DNA of 64,000 nucleotides, from positions 320,001-384,000 of the forward strand of contig CAWCKY010000002.1 in the NCBI GenBank assembly GCA_963796275.1, read 5' to 3'. The first letter of the stretch is position 1. The number at the start of each line of letters is the position of its first letter. This document shows, one piece after another, positions 1-9,416 of this stretch. Position numbers and translations under genes: made by a program. The stretch comes from an uncultured Acidobacteriota bacterium (GTDB lineage Bacteria; Acidobacteriota; Blastocatellia; RBC074). The notes beneath the pieces are model-generated. The model ran no database searches and was not told where the DNA came from. It was given only the letters and a program-made list of their open reading frames with translations.

Positions 1-1414
1 GCGATGCTCGCAAACGATCGGCCACCGTAATCTTTTTCTTTGGATCGCTGACGTCACGCGCCACTTCATTGATAAATTTCTCAAGCGTGTGGGACCCACC
101 CATACTCAGAAATCCGCGCCCGTACATATCCGTGTTGATATAAAGCGCAGCATGCTTTTTGAGCTGTTCCGCATGCGTTTCTACCCATTCGGTCGAACCT
201 ATGAGGGCCGGTTCCTCGCCATCCCACGCCGCATAGACTATCGTGCGCTTAGGCCTCCGGCCCTGCTTTGCCAACTCGCCGATCGCGCGCGCCTCTTCCA
301 TCAATGTGACCAGACCGCTCACAGGGTCGCCAGCGCCGCACACCCACGCATCGTGATGATTGCCGCGAATGATCCATTCGTCCGGTCGCTCTGAACCGCG
401 TAGCCTGGCGATCACGTTATAGAGCGGAGCCTGCTTCCAATCGAACTCCAATTTTAGATGAACCATCGTTGGGCCGGGCCCCAGATGGTAGGTCAGCGGT
501 AAGGCCCCTCGCCATTCCAGCGGCGCCAGAGGTCCGTCGAGAGCCCGCAGAAGAGGAAGAGCGTCGGCATAGGATATCGGAAGCACCGGGATTTTGGTGA
601 TCGTCGGAGCCTCTTTCACGGTCAATCGTTTTGCATCTCTGGTGGCCCCGATGGCCGGAGTCAGCGGGTCGCCGGGATAGAGCGGCATATCCATCACCGA
701 ACCGCGTTGCGCTCCGTATTCATTGCGCCAGCCACCTTTCGGATAAACATCCCCTCGGTAATAACCGTCATCGCGTGGATCGGAATAGATGAGACATCCG
801 ATAGCCCCGCGTTCAGCCGCAACCTTCGGCTTGATCCCTCGCCAAGAGCCGCCATAGCGCGCGATGACGATCTTTCCTTTGACATCGATACCATGCTCGG
901 CCAACACTTCATAGTCCGCGGGTATGCCGTAATTGACGTAGACAAGCTGACCCGTCACGTCGCCATCGACCGAGTAAGCATTATAGGGCGGTAGTTGCTC
1001 TTCAATCAGACCCGAGGTCGAGTCTTCTTTGAGCGGAGGTTCGGCCAGGCTGGCCTTGAATTTTGCCGGCTCCAACATCTCCAGCAGTCGCAACTTCGGC
1101 GTGGGAAATAGAACATCGAACTGCTCGATCTCGGTCTCATAACCCCAGGCGCGGAATTGCGAAGCTATGAACTCCGCATTCTGCTTACCGTGAGATGAAC
1201 CGAGGTGATGCGGTCTGGCTGTCAACCGCTTCATCCAATCACGCAGGTTCTCCCGTTTGAGCGAAGCATCGAACTGCTCCTCGATCGAGCGCTGCTTCTC
1301 CATATTCTCACGGCTGAATCCGAGAAGTAGCCTGTCATCGGTCGCGTCGACATGCACCATAAAGCTGAATGTTATGCAAAATATTAATAGCGAGCGGGTA
1401 AGGATATCGCGCAT
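1..1414 (-). CDS. M28B glutamate carboxypeptidase II / folate-hydrolase-like peptidase (PA domain), runs off the left edge
   Basis: Not in the ORF track because there is no stop in the window. Manual translation from ATG at 1414: MRDILTRSLLIFC (signal-like), RLTARPHHLGS, PYNAYSVDGDVTGQLVYVNYG, GKIVIARYGGSWRGIK, PGDPLTP, GNHHDAWVCGAGDP, WDGEE, GSTEW; these are typical GCPII motifs. Confidence 0.9.
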   Translation of the reverse strand, partial: MRDILTRSLLIFCITFSFMVHVDATDDRLLLGFSRENMEKQRSIEEQFDASLKRENLRDWMKRLTARPHHLGSSHGKQNAEFIASQFRAWGYETEIEQFDVLFPTPKLRLLEMLEPAKFKASLAEPPLKEDSTSGLIEEQLPPYNAYSVDGDVTGQLVYVNYGIPADYEVLAEHGIDVKGKIVIARYGGSWRGIKPKVAAERGAIGCLIYSDPRDDGYYRGDVYPKGGWRNEYGAQRGSVMDMPLYPGDPLTPAIGATRDAKRLTVKEAPTITKIPVLPISYADALPLLRALDGPLAPLEWRGALPLTYHLGPGPTMVHLKLEFDWKQAPLYNVIARLRGSERPDEWIIRGNHHDAWVCGAGDPVSGLVTLMEEARAIGELAKQGRRPKRTIVYAAWDGEEPALIGSTEWVETHAEQLKKHAALYINTDMYGRGFLSMGGSHTLEKFINEVARDVSDPKKKITVADRLRAS

Positions 1415-1733
1415 TGAAATCTCCTCGGGAAAATACATCAAATTTAAGGTTTCATGTTTCTGTTGACGGCATATCAATATGTTATTTTCTTGCCGGTATT
1501 GGAGTCATACTAAAGCGGATTGCCCAATCCACCAAATCAGTTCTCGTCTGGATTTCTTCAAGTTCGATTAATCGGGCGGACTACAATCAGCTGGACACGA
1601 ACCTCACCTCATGAAACTTGGCGGGATCGCGAACGCGGGCGGCTTGAGCCGTATCCAGATCGGCCTGAAACTCTAACATTGACGGCACCGGTTAACGAAG
1701 GCTAAAAGAAAATACGGTATAAACGAAAAAAAA

Positions 1734-1774
1734 ACGAAACATACAAAAATCTTAAAACCTTTCGTATGTTTCGT
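1734..1774. repeat. A-rich/T-rich intergenic palindrome (ACGAAACATAC...GTATGTTTCGT)
   Basis: Near-perfect inverted repeat seen directly; similar in style to 44596-44650. Confidence 0.7.
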
Positions 1775-1821
1775 ATTAACCGATTGTTCGTGTTCTCTGA
1801 CCCGGCAAAGAGCGTGGCTGC

Positions 1822-2601
1822 TTATCGATCTGCATTCAGCGCAACGCTCTTCCGCGCAGTCGCCGATTCGTAATACGCATCGCCGGCGAAATCCATGAAC
1901 ACGGTCTGCTGTCCAAATATCTGTGAAGTAGCGATCTGGCAGCGCGCGACTCCATCGGCGCGCGTCACGCCCGAGCACTTCCGGGCGTCTGGTCCCGAAC
2001 CCACGGTGAACACGATTGTGCGCTTTTTGATCGGTTTGCCGTCATCGTCGGCCAAGAGCGCTGTCAGCGTGACATAACGCCCGCCTGCTCGATTCGCATC
2101 GGCAAACCACTGGACGATAGTTCTCTCTTTTGCCACCAGGAGGGAGTCCTGCTTCTCTATCGAAAGGTTCTCTGTGTCGCCGCCGAATGACACAACCAGT
2201 GGTATGGCGAGCGCGAGATGCGGCTTTCCGTCAATCGGATCACTTCGCAGAAGCTTGAGCGACTTCAGGTCCTCTTTGGGCGGGCTGCCCGCGCTCTCCT
2301 TCAAAGCGACGTTGTAGGAATAGAGACGTCCCGGCAAGAGCGCATTTTCCTGGGAAAGTTTAAACGCGACGACCGCGATGTGGAGATGGTCGCCGATGCG
2401 AATAGTCTTGGCTAAATCCGTTTCGGGCTTAATAATCGGCTGGCTGACATTGAACAGAAGCGATGCGCCATCATCTTTGACCAATCCCTCCCAGAGACTG
2501 AGCTGCACCTGGCGTTCCTCGCTTAACGCTACCCAAACAGTTACCAGAGTTGGCTCCACTCGTCGAAGAATCGGGCCAGCAAGAATCTGCGGCAGAGGCA
2601 T
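1822..2601 (-). CDS. Probable chimeric ORF: N-terminus of a PhoD-like phosphatase family protein fused to an Ig-like (Big) C-terminal domain
   Basis: The N-terminal LPQILAGPILRRVEPTLVTVWVAL resembles the start of long PhoD-like proteins. The C-terminal TLTALLADDDGKPI..IVFTVG..CSGVT..DGVARC..FAGDAYYESA is Ig-like. No catalytic domain is present. Confidence 0.55.
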   Translation of the reverse strand: MPLPQILAGPILRRVEPTLVTVWVALSEERQVQLSLWEGLVKDDGASLLFNVSQPIIKPETDLAKTIRIGDHLHIAVVAFKLSQENALLPGRLYSYNVALKESAGSPPKEDLKSLKLLRSDPIDGKPHLALAIPLVVSFGGDTENLSIEKQDSLLVAKERTIVQWFADANRAGGRYVTLTALLADDDGKPIKKRTIVFTVGSGPDARKCSGVTRADGVARCQIATSQIFGQQTVFMDFAGDAYYESATARKSVALNADR

Positions 2602-2799
2602 AAATCAGTACTCCTACAAAAGGCATTCCATAAGAACTTAATGGAGAGACACCAATTACGGCGCCCCAGCATCAGGTCCACATAGACTATTAGCTATTCA
2701 ACGGTCGTGTAACGAAAGAAAGCCGAAAAAAAGGCGATAAATCGGCAAATGCCGACGATTGACATTCAGGTTCTACAATTAACCAAAATTTTTTCGCAG

Positions 2800-2910
2800 G
2801 TCAGCCCGCGTAGGCCGGCGGAAGAATCTAGCCCAGGGCGGAGCCGAAGGCGAAGCTTTGGGTATGCTATTGATGTAGTTTGGAGCCCATGAAAAGGGCG
2901 ACAGAGTTTG
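2800..2910. repeat. REP-like element (AGCCCAGGGCGGAGCCGAAGGCGAAGCTTTGGG type)
   Basis: Stacked short GC-rich hairpins in non-coding DNA; related in style to 24319-24496. Confidence 0.5.
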
Positions 2911-3219
2911 GGATCAAAGCCCAAGTTTGTGAAAAATGATTAGCAGAAGATCAATAAATGATGGGAAGACACGGTGATCGTCTAAGCCGCCATAACTGGC
3001 GAAATGTACGGGCGTCATCTGACTAAACTTGTGAAGGGAAAATCGTTAGGTATAAACATTGTGCGTTCTTCGCGGAGCCGGTTTTCGGACTCGTTGTCTA
3101 TGCGCGGGATAGGGTTATCGAGCTGATAACGTATATCTAACTGGTCCGAGCGCGAATTGTGGATGGAGCGCTCGTTTTGATGCGAGGCACCGCTTTTCGT
3201 GAGCGATGGCGGCCGGAGT

Positions 3220-3567
3220 TTAGCTTACCGCCACACCCCCTTTTTCGAATATTTCTTCAAGCACATCACACCCGAATCTCTGATAAACCTCAAGTGCCGT
3301 CAGCATTACGTCATCTGGTGACATTCGCCATGACCTGAGCCAGCCATCCATGTCTAGAAAACAGACCTTTTCTGAACGAACAAGCGCGAGCCGCACCATG
3401 TCATCGGGCAATACATAGTCAAGTTTCGATCGGTCTTGTTCTCGTACCAGTTTTTCAAAATCATCAATCCATATCCCGAATTGTCTCCAGCTACTCTGCG
3501 ACGATGCTATCGACTGAAGTAGAGCTTTATCGCCGTCCATGATTGCCATAAGTTGCCAAAGTTTCAT
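3220..3567 (-). CDS. Hypothetical protein, 115 aa
   Basis: ATG with an upstream GAAGGA-like RBS and natural-looking composition; no recognisable motif. Confidence 0.55.
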   Translation of the reverse strand: MKLWQLMAIMDGDKALLQSIASSQSSWRQFGIWIDDFEKLVREQDRSKLDYVLPDDMVRLALVRSEKVCFLDMDGWLRSWRMSPDDVMLTALEVYQRFGCDVLEEIFEKGGVAVS

Positions 3568-3833
3568 CAGTCACTATCCTTCATCGTTTTCCGAACGGTA
3601 TTGGATTCACTTTACACCCAAGATACTCCCAAAGCTTAACCGTTGCATCCCATCGTTGAGGAGTAATCCCAGCACCCATCACCGAAGCGTCCGGATCCCG
3701 CATTAATAGTCACCATGCTGTCCGCCCCAAACCAGGCCTACCCACCTATTGCCGCTTCAGAGCTGCTATTTTTGGGAGTACGCTCCATTCGGTCGCGAGG
3801 ATGCGCTTTACCGTCCAAGGTTCGATTCACTAT

Positions 3834-5813
3834 TCACTTGGTGCGGCGTTTTATGCGTTCCAGAATGGCGCGCATCGTGTCGGGGTCGTTATCAAACGCG
3901 GTGTGCGAAGTGGCACGACAACGCATAGCCAACACCGCGTCGGGTGCGGTCGGCGCGTTGATAAAGTCCCAGACTTTTACTTTGCTCGACGGAGATTTTG
4001 CAGGGTTGACAAAGTGAACGAACTTCTCCATCCCGAGTATCGGCGTGCTGGGCTTACGCTCGCAGGCATTCGATACCAGGTAGAGTAGAGAGCGATTGTA
4101 AAGACTCGCGCAGTTGTCGTCCTGTTCCACCTTGTCGGTCAGGTGGAATTGCGTATACGCTGAAACCTTGCCGGCCTCGTACGCGGGCAGCACATTCTGC
4201 CGGAACAGATCGATCCGACAGGCGGGAGCCATCAAATACATTCCATGTACCGTAAATTTGGACTGTAACAACTCGGGCAGCAGGTGCGCGTGGAAGACAG
4301 CGCCGGCGCTGTGGCCTATCAGATGAAAGCGCATCCGCCTGGTCAACGCCTGCGGTAAAGCGTTCAGCTCTCTGGCCAACAACCGCACCCCGCCATTCGG
4401 GCTGGTGGTCGCTTGTAAGGCGTTCTCCTTGATCTCTTCCCAAATGGGCGTGCTCACCGGAGCGATCAGGCCTTCAAGACGATCGTCGACAAAATCGGTT
4501 AAACGATCCCTGAAGCCTCCCGCTGCCTGACTCATGCCCAACGCCTCAGTGAAAATATGGTCGATCGTTCGCAGAAGCCCCGTCTCCCACATAAAAAATA
4601 CGGGAAAGATTTTGCGGGCATAAAGCGCTGGAATCCATTGCGACGCCGTCTGCGCCGCGCCGTCTTCGGAGACCAGGCCACCATGCGCGTACAGAGCTAT
4701 ATCGATCGGCTCATCATCATTCAGCTTCCAATCGTTGAGCGCGTTGGGCAAATAGTGATGTGCCATCTCATGCAGATCATCTCTGCTGGTCCTAAATTTA
4801 CCGTGGTCTGAGAGCTTGCCGTTGTTCTCTAAATTGACGATATACGGGCTGATCTGTTGCGCGCGCACGGCGCCGTTGGAAGACACCATCGCTTGCGCAA
4901 ATCCCAGCGGGTCGGAATATCTGGCCGTGCGACGGGCTTCGATGGCACGCTCGAGTCTCAATCCTTGACCCAAGCTATCCGTATGCGAGGTGACGTAAAC
5001 GCCCAATTGGCCGATCCATGCGTCCATGCCGTTTTCCAGCCAATCAGTATAAGCGAGATGTGCGAATCCGTTGCGCCCCCATTTTCGACCCCACGAATTC
5101 TGAATCCAGAAACCATGCGTATCGTAGCCGACCAGCAAAAAAGCGTGTCCACCCAAATTTGCCGGGCCCCGATGGTTCAAAATCCGTCCATCCGGTTGCG
5201 GGGACATCCAGCCTTCGTGAATCTGCGCTGTTACATAGACGACCCCGATCTCGTTCAGTGCCGCGTGCAGATCGGCGACAGAAAGATGATCCACGCGGTA
5301 GTAAGCGCCAAGCGGCTTGCGAAAAGCGTCGCTGACCCAATTTCCATCTGAATTTACCGCCACGCTCTTCTTTCGCCCGATGGCTTTCCTGGCGGGAGCG
5401 AGCAGCGGCATCTCCATCCTGGGCCAGAGCTCGAACCGGCATACGCCGTGTTTGTTCCAAGATTTCATCGCGCCGCGCGCCGTCGAACCATCAGCCGCGT
5501 CGCTGCCCCGCAATTCGTCGTAGCGGCGCGCGAAGTGATAGAGCATAAACGGCGAGACATCACCGGGCTGCTCGCCTTGCTGCTGGTGTACATCCCAACG
5601 TTTGAAGGTGAGCAATTCGACCATCGCCGCCAGCGCGAAACCGGTACATGCCGAAGTAACCCCCTGATCTTTCACTCGGTCGCGCCATGCAGGATGATCG
5701 AATGGACGCGCATTGTACTCCGGCTCCAACGAGCGAAGGATGGGGTTGTAGATCCGGTCGCGCAGGTCAGGCGGATCCGGACGCATATTCATTATTCTCT
5801 GTTTGTCTGCCAT
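3834..5813 (-). CDS. C1 (papain-like) cysteine peptidase fused to a C-terminal alpha/beta-hydrolase domain
   Basis: Papain motifs DQGVTSACTGFA, GGHAFLLVGYD and IQNSWG; C-terminal YAHGGL, GHSAG nucleophile elbow and a late His (SHTAFDND). Confidence 0.85.
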   Translation of the reverse strand: MADKQRIMNMRPDPPDLRDRIYNPILRSLEPEYNARPFDHPAWRDRVKDQGVTSACTGFALAAMVELLTFKRWDVHQQQGEQPGDVSPFMLYHFARRYDELRGSDAADGSTARGAMKSWNKHGVCRFELWPRMEMPLLAPARKAIGRKKSVAVNSDGNWVSDAFRKPLGAYYRVDHLSVADLHAALNEIGVVYVTAQIHEGWMSPQPDGRILNHRGPANLGGHAFLLVGYDTHGFWIQNSWGRKWGRNGFAHLAYTDWLENGMDAWIGQLGVYVTSHTDSLGQGLRLERAIEARRTARYSDPLGFAQAMVSSNGAVRAQQISPYIVNLENNGKLSDHGKFRTSRDDLHEMAHHYLPNALNDWKLNDDEPIDIALYAHGGLVSEDGAAQTASQWIPALYARKIFPVFFMWETGLLRTIDHIFTEALGMSQAAGGFRDRLTDFVDDRLEGLIAPVSTPIWEEIKENALQATTSPNGGVRLLARELNALPQALTRRMRFHLIGHSAGAVFHAHLLPELLQSKFTVHGMYLMAPACRIDLFRQNVLPAYEAGKVSAYTQFHLTDKVEQDDNCASLYNRSLLYLVSNACERKPSTPILGMEKFVHFVNPAKSPSSKVKVWDFINAPTAPDAVLAMRCRATSHTAFDNDPDTMRAILERIKRRTK

Positions 5814-5919
5814 ATTCTGGGTGCCTCATTGTTAAGTCAAACCTCAATTGACGAGCAGATGGCTTCGGCGGAGGCATTCCAACTGGCTCATCCACGATTC
5901 CATCAGCCCAATTATCCGG

Positions 5920-6385
5920 CTATTTGAGCGTCAGGGTCGCTTTACGGACCGAGAAGCTATCATCTCCTGAAAATACGAGGTAAAGAGTCCGCCCGTCCGC
6001 GCTCATCCACTTTGTGGGGAAGCTTGCCGTATCACCCGGGCCAACATCCCATCGATTGGTAAAGTACACGGTCGTCCACCGTCCCCAAGGTTCGGGAGCG
6101 TCGTAAATCGCGAGACCGCCGCTGAAGCGGACATCGATTCTGCTCTTACGACCAGGGAGGCCTTTGTCTGCGGGCAGCCAGAGCATCCTTGAGAGCGTCG
6201 AGTTTAACCTGGGACATCCCATGGCTTTCAGGCCTGGTTGTTCGCCATTCAAAGGTTGAAGCGGCACAGCTTGAACGCGCATACAAATTTTTATAGTGCG
6301 GTTTCAGGGCCAGGTAGCTGATCTGCGCAATGAGCGCCCAAGCCAGGCAGGTGAGTAATAGAGGACAAACTGATGATCTTTTCAT
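5920..6385 (-). pseudogene. Internally deleted remnant of a serine-hydrolase/DUF4185-like gene
   Basis: The 5' part (signal peptide plus EWRTTRPESHGMSQVKLDALKDALAAR, a beta-lactamase-family start) joins out of frame at ~6145 to a C-terminal piece (GGLAIYDAPEPWGRWTTV..FPTKWMSADG..LVFSGDDSFSVRK). Confidence 0.6.
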
Positions 6386-6597
6386 TCGCGCTGATCTATT
6401 GGTCGCTTACGAATTTTCGAGGCGATCGGACTCAGATGCCATAACTCCGGCGGCGTACGCTTTTGCGAGCCCGCCATTTATATAACTCCACGTCGCTGAC
6501 GGCCTGACACACGGTCGAAACTATCAATGAATTGTTGTCACAGTTTATGCTATTTACCCATAACAAACTAACAATTCCCTGCTCACATTATCTTCAA

Positions 6598-7344
6598 TCA
6601 GAGCCGCGGTGTAGGCCGCTGGGTCCCACCAGCCCAGAAGTAATTCCCAACTGCATCTTTATACCAGTGTGAGTTGCCGCTCACCGTTTCGCCGCTGCTC
6701 GACCATCCCACGTAAGCCAACTCCGCTTCTGCGTTCACGGTTTTTACTTTCTTGGCCGCGGTCGTGGGCGCGCCTTTCCGCAGATTGAGCCTGCCCAGAG
6801 TTTTGACCACGCCCGGGTGGGGAATGAAATTGTAATTGGAATCATTCAATGCCTCCGCTCGGGCCATTTTGACTACTTTGTCTATGCTGACGACGCTTCC
6901 CGGGCAAGTCTTGAAACTATAAATCTCGCGATGGCCGATTATATGATCGCGATCAAGCGGGATAGACCAGCGCATACAAATGTCGCGTATCAAAGCGGTG
7001 GTGGCTTCGTACATAGCCTGCGGCCAGACACTGCCATCATCACCTTCATGCTCAATACCGATCGTGTAAAGATTGGGGTTGACACCGTTCTTGATCAGAC
7101 CCCAGGTCGGATTCTTACGGCGCCCGGCGTGGAACGCCGTGTCGGTTTCCGACACGTACTGGTGAACCGTGCCGTCACGGCCGACGCCGTAGTGGGCGGA
7201 GACGTTGGAAGCCGGATTATTGAACCAGGAATCGGTACCTACCAGCGTGCCCTCCATGATGTGGATGACCACCGCCTCCGGGCGAAAGCCCGCCCGGCCT
7301 CTGGTCTTGTTACTGCTGCCAATCCATTTGATATCAAGCGACAT
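6598..7344 (-). CDS. N-acetylmuramoyl-L-alanine amidase (Amidase_2) with an SH3b-like C-terminal domain
   Basis: VVIH, SAHY, AFHAG, IGIEHEG, IIGHRE and KTCPG zinc-amidase motifs; C-terminal LNLRKGAPTT..GETVSGNSHWY. Confidence 0.9.
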   Translation of the reverse strand: MSLDIKWIGSSNKTRGRAGFRPEAVVIHIMEGTLVGTDSWFNNPASNVSAHYGVGRDGTVHQYVSETDTAFHAGRRKNPTWGLIKNGVNPNLYTIGIEHEGDDGSVWPQAMYEATTALIRDICMRWSIPLDRDHIIGHREIYSFKTCPGSVVSIDKVVKMARAEALNDSNYNFIPHPGVVKTLGRLNLRKGAPTTAAKKVKTVNAEAELAYVGWSSSGETVSGNSHWYKDAVGNYFWAGGTQRPTPRL

Positions 7345-8072
7345 ATCGTTCCCTCCGAAAATGTATAGTAGATCGACTAAACTTCTATACCATCCGATCG
7401 ATCCTAATCAGGAATTCTTCGGTTGGTCATCAAACCCGTTTAATCAACCTACGCTACATCGTTCAAAGCTTTCATAATTACCAACGCTCACCTGCGTTGA
7501 TATAACTTCAATTCGTAAGTGTTGCGTTAGTCCATAAACCTGCTGCAGTTAAAAGTGCCGCTGATTTAATTAACAAAAATAATTGGATCTAAACCGCATC
7601 CCGAGCTAAACCAATAATAAACAGCGATAAATCCGTTTCAATTTGGGTGATCGGCGGCAAATGGCATGAATATGACGAGAGCACACGATTTTGGAAGCGG
7701 GGTCTGCCATAAATAGCTCCGTAGTGATGGTGAATCGTCTATGATGCTGAGAGTCATTATCCAGCTAAGGTAATGGCCGGCACGAAGTCTACTCGCAACG
7801 CGTGCGGATTGCAATGTTTCGAGGGGACTGCATCGATCATCTCGCACGATTAACGAGCAAATCCTGCACGAAACTATCTTGTAAGAACCGCAAGATAGTT
7901 GGTTACCAAATGCGAACATTAATACAGAGAGTGACTACTCCGCCAGCATGCGCAATGATCCGGCTCGCCAAAACGAACTAATGAAGATAAGCTACAAACA
8001 CCAGGTGCCACGCTCTTTTGTGCAGACTGTAGATAAACCTTCTGTCAGGTTGCATATTACGGAGTACATATT

Positions 8073-9221
8073 GTGGAAACGAAGTTCAAGAAAGTTCTAG
8101 TACTCTCGGCTTCGGCCGGTGCGGGTCATGTGCGCGCCGCCCAGGCCCTCGAACGTGCACTCATCGACCTCGATGCGGCCGAGGAGGTGCGCCACATCGA
8201 CGCTCTTGACTACACAAACAAGCTCTTCCGCAACCTCTACACGAGAGCCTATCTCGATCTGGTTAACACCACGCCCGATTTGTTCGGCTGGCTCTACGAC
8301 CGGCTCGACAAGCCATGGAAGAGCGATCGCTTGCTCCTGGCATTCGACAAGCTCAATACCCGGCCGCTGGTGCGCTTGTTGAGGGAGTACATGCCGGAGA
8401 TTTTGATCTGCACTCACTTCTTGCCATCCGAGATTATCTCATTGCTCAAAGCCAGGGAGCGACTGGCTTACCGGCAGGCGATCGTTGTCACTGATTTCGA
8501 CGCTCACGCGATGTGGTTGTGCAACCACTATAAGCATTATTTCGTGGCGCTCGACGAAACGCGCGTTTACTTGACGGCGCTCGGAATCCCGGCGGAAAAA
8601 GTCTCCGTCACCGGCATCCCGATCGATCCTGTTTTCGCGCAAGCGAAAGACAAGCGCGCTATGCGTGACAAGCACGGGCTCAAACAAGATCGAGTGACAA
8701 TCCTCGTCTCAGCGGGCGGTTTCGGCATCGGCCCGATCGACACCCTGATCAAATCGCTTTTGCAGCTCCGGAACAAGGCGCAAGTGATCGTGATCTGTGG
8801 CCGCAACCAAAAGTTGAAAGGCCGGCTCGATCATATAGCCGCACGTCTATTGCCCGACAATCCGGTGGCCCTCAAGGTAGTTGGCTATACAACGGAGATG
8901 GATGAATTGATGGCTGCCTCAGATCTTGTGCTCGGCAAGCCGGGCGGACTCACAACCTCTGAGGCGCTGGCCAAAGGTTTGGTCTTCGTTGTAGTCAATC
9001 CGATCCCAGGGCAGGAGGAACGCAACGCAGACCATCTGCTAGAAGCAGGCGCCGCGATCCGCTGCAATAACTTACCAGTACTCGCCTATAAGATCGATCT
9101 GTTACTTGATGATCCGGCGCGCTTCGCCGCAATGCAGGCGAACGCACGCCGCCTAGCGCGCCCGCGTGCGGCTTACGAAATAGTCAACAAATTGTTGTCG
9201 CTGAGAGAGAAAGTTGTTTAG
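8073..9221 (+). CDS. MGDG synthase / UgtP-like diacylglycerol glycosyltransferase (GT28)
   Basis: SASAGAGHVRAA, ICTHFLP, VVTDF, TGIPIDP, KPGGLTTSEA, PIPGQEERNA. Confidence 0.9.
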   Translation: METKFKKVLVLSASAGAGHVRAAQALERALIDLDAAEEVRHIDALDYTNKLFRNLYTRAYLDLVNTTPDLFGWLYDRLDKPWKSDRLLLAFDKLNTRPLVRLLREYMPEILICTHFLPSEIISLLKARERLAYRQAIVVTDFDAHAMWLCNHYKHYFVALDETRVYLTALGIPAEKVSVTGIPIDPVFAQAKDKRAMRDKHGLKQDRVTILVSAGGFGIGPIDTLIKSLLQLRNKAQVIVICGRNQKLKGRLDHIAARLLPDNPVALKVVGYTTEMDELMAASDLVLGKPGGLTTSEALAKGLVFVVVNPIPGQEERNADHLLEAGAAIRCNNLPVLAYKIDLLLDDPARFAAMQANARRLARPRAAYEIVNKLLSLREKVV

Positions 9222-9416
9222 CAAGGTCCTTAGACTTCACCACAAGGCGAGTTGAACACCGAGCTCGATTAGGTAAGGCGGTAATGAACGATCAGGACGC
9301 CATTCAGTCCTTCTTCGCGAAAGATGCCTGAACCGTTGTAATCCCGCCCCACCAGATATTCACACGCCGACCCTTTTGCAGAGTTCGATCGTCCCCGGCA
9401 ATCCTGGATCGCGATA

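Noticed and set aside
89-1466. Short ORFs listed in the track over the first 1.4 kb
   Set aside because: They are shadows of the minus-strand M28 peptidase; the same applies to most short ORFs overlapping long genes elsewhere in the window.
3580-3703. 40-codon ORF (MRDPDASV..FGKR) upstream of the 115-aa gene as a toxin-tip/immunity pair
   Set aside because: No toxin motif, and an in-frame stop lies just upstream; too speculative.
7345-8072. Possible ncRNA or small gene in the AT-rich spacer between the amidase and the glycosyltransferase
   Set aside because: No recognisable RNA motif or convincing ORF; likely divergent promoters plus decayed sequence.
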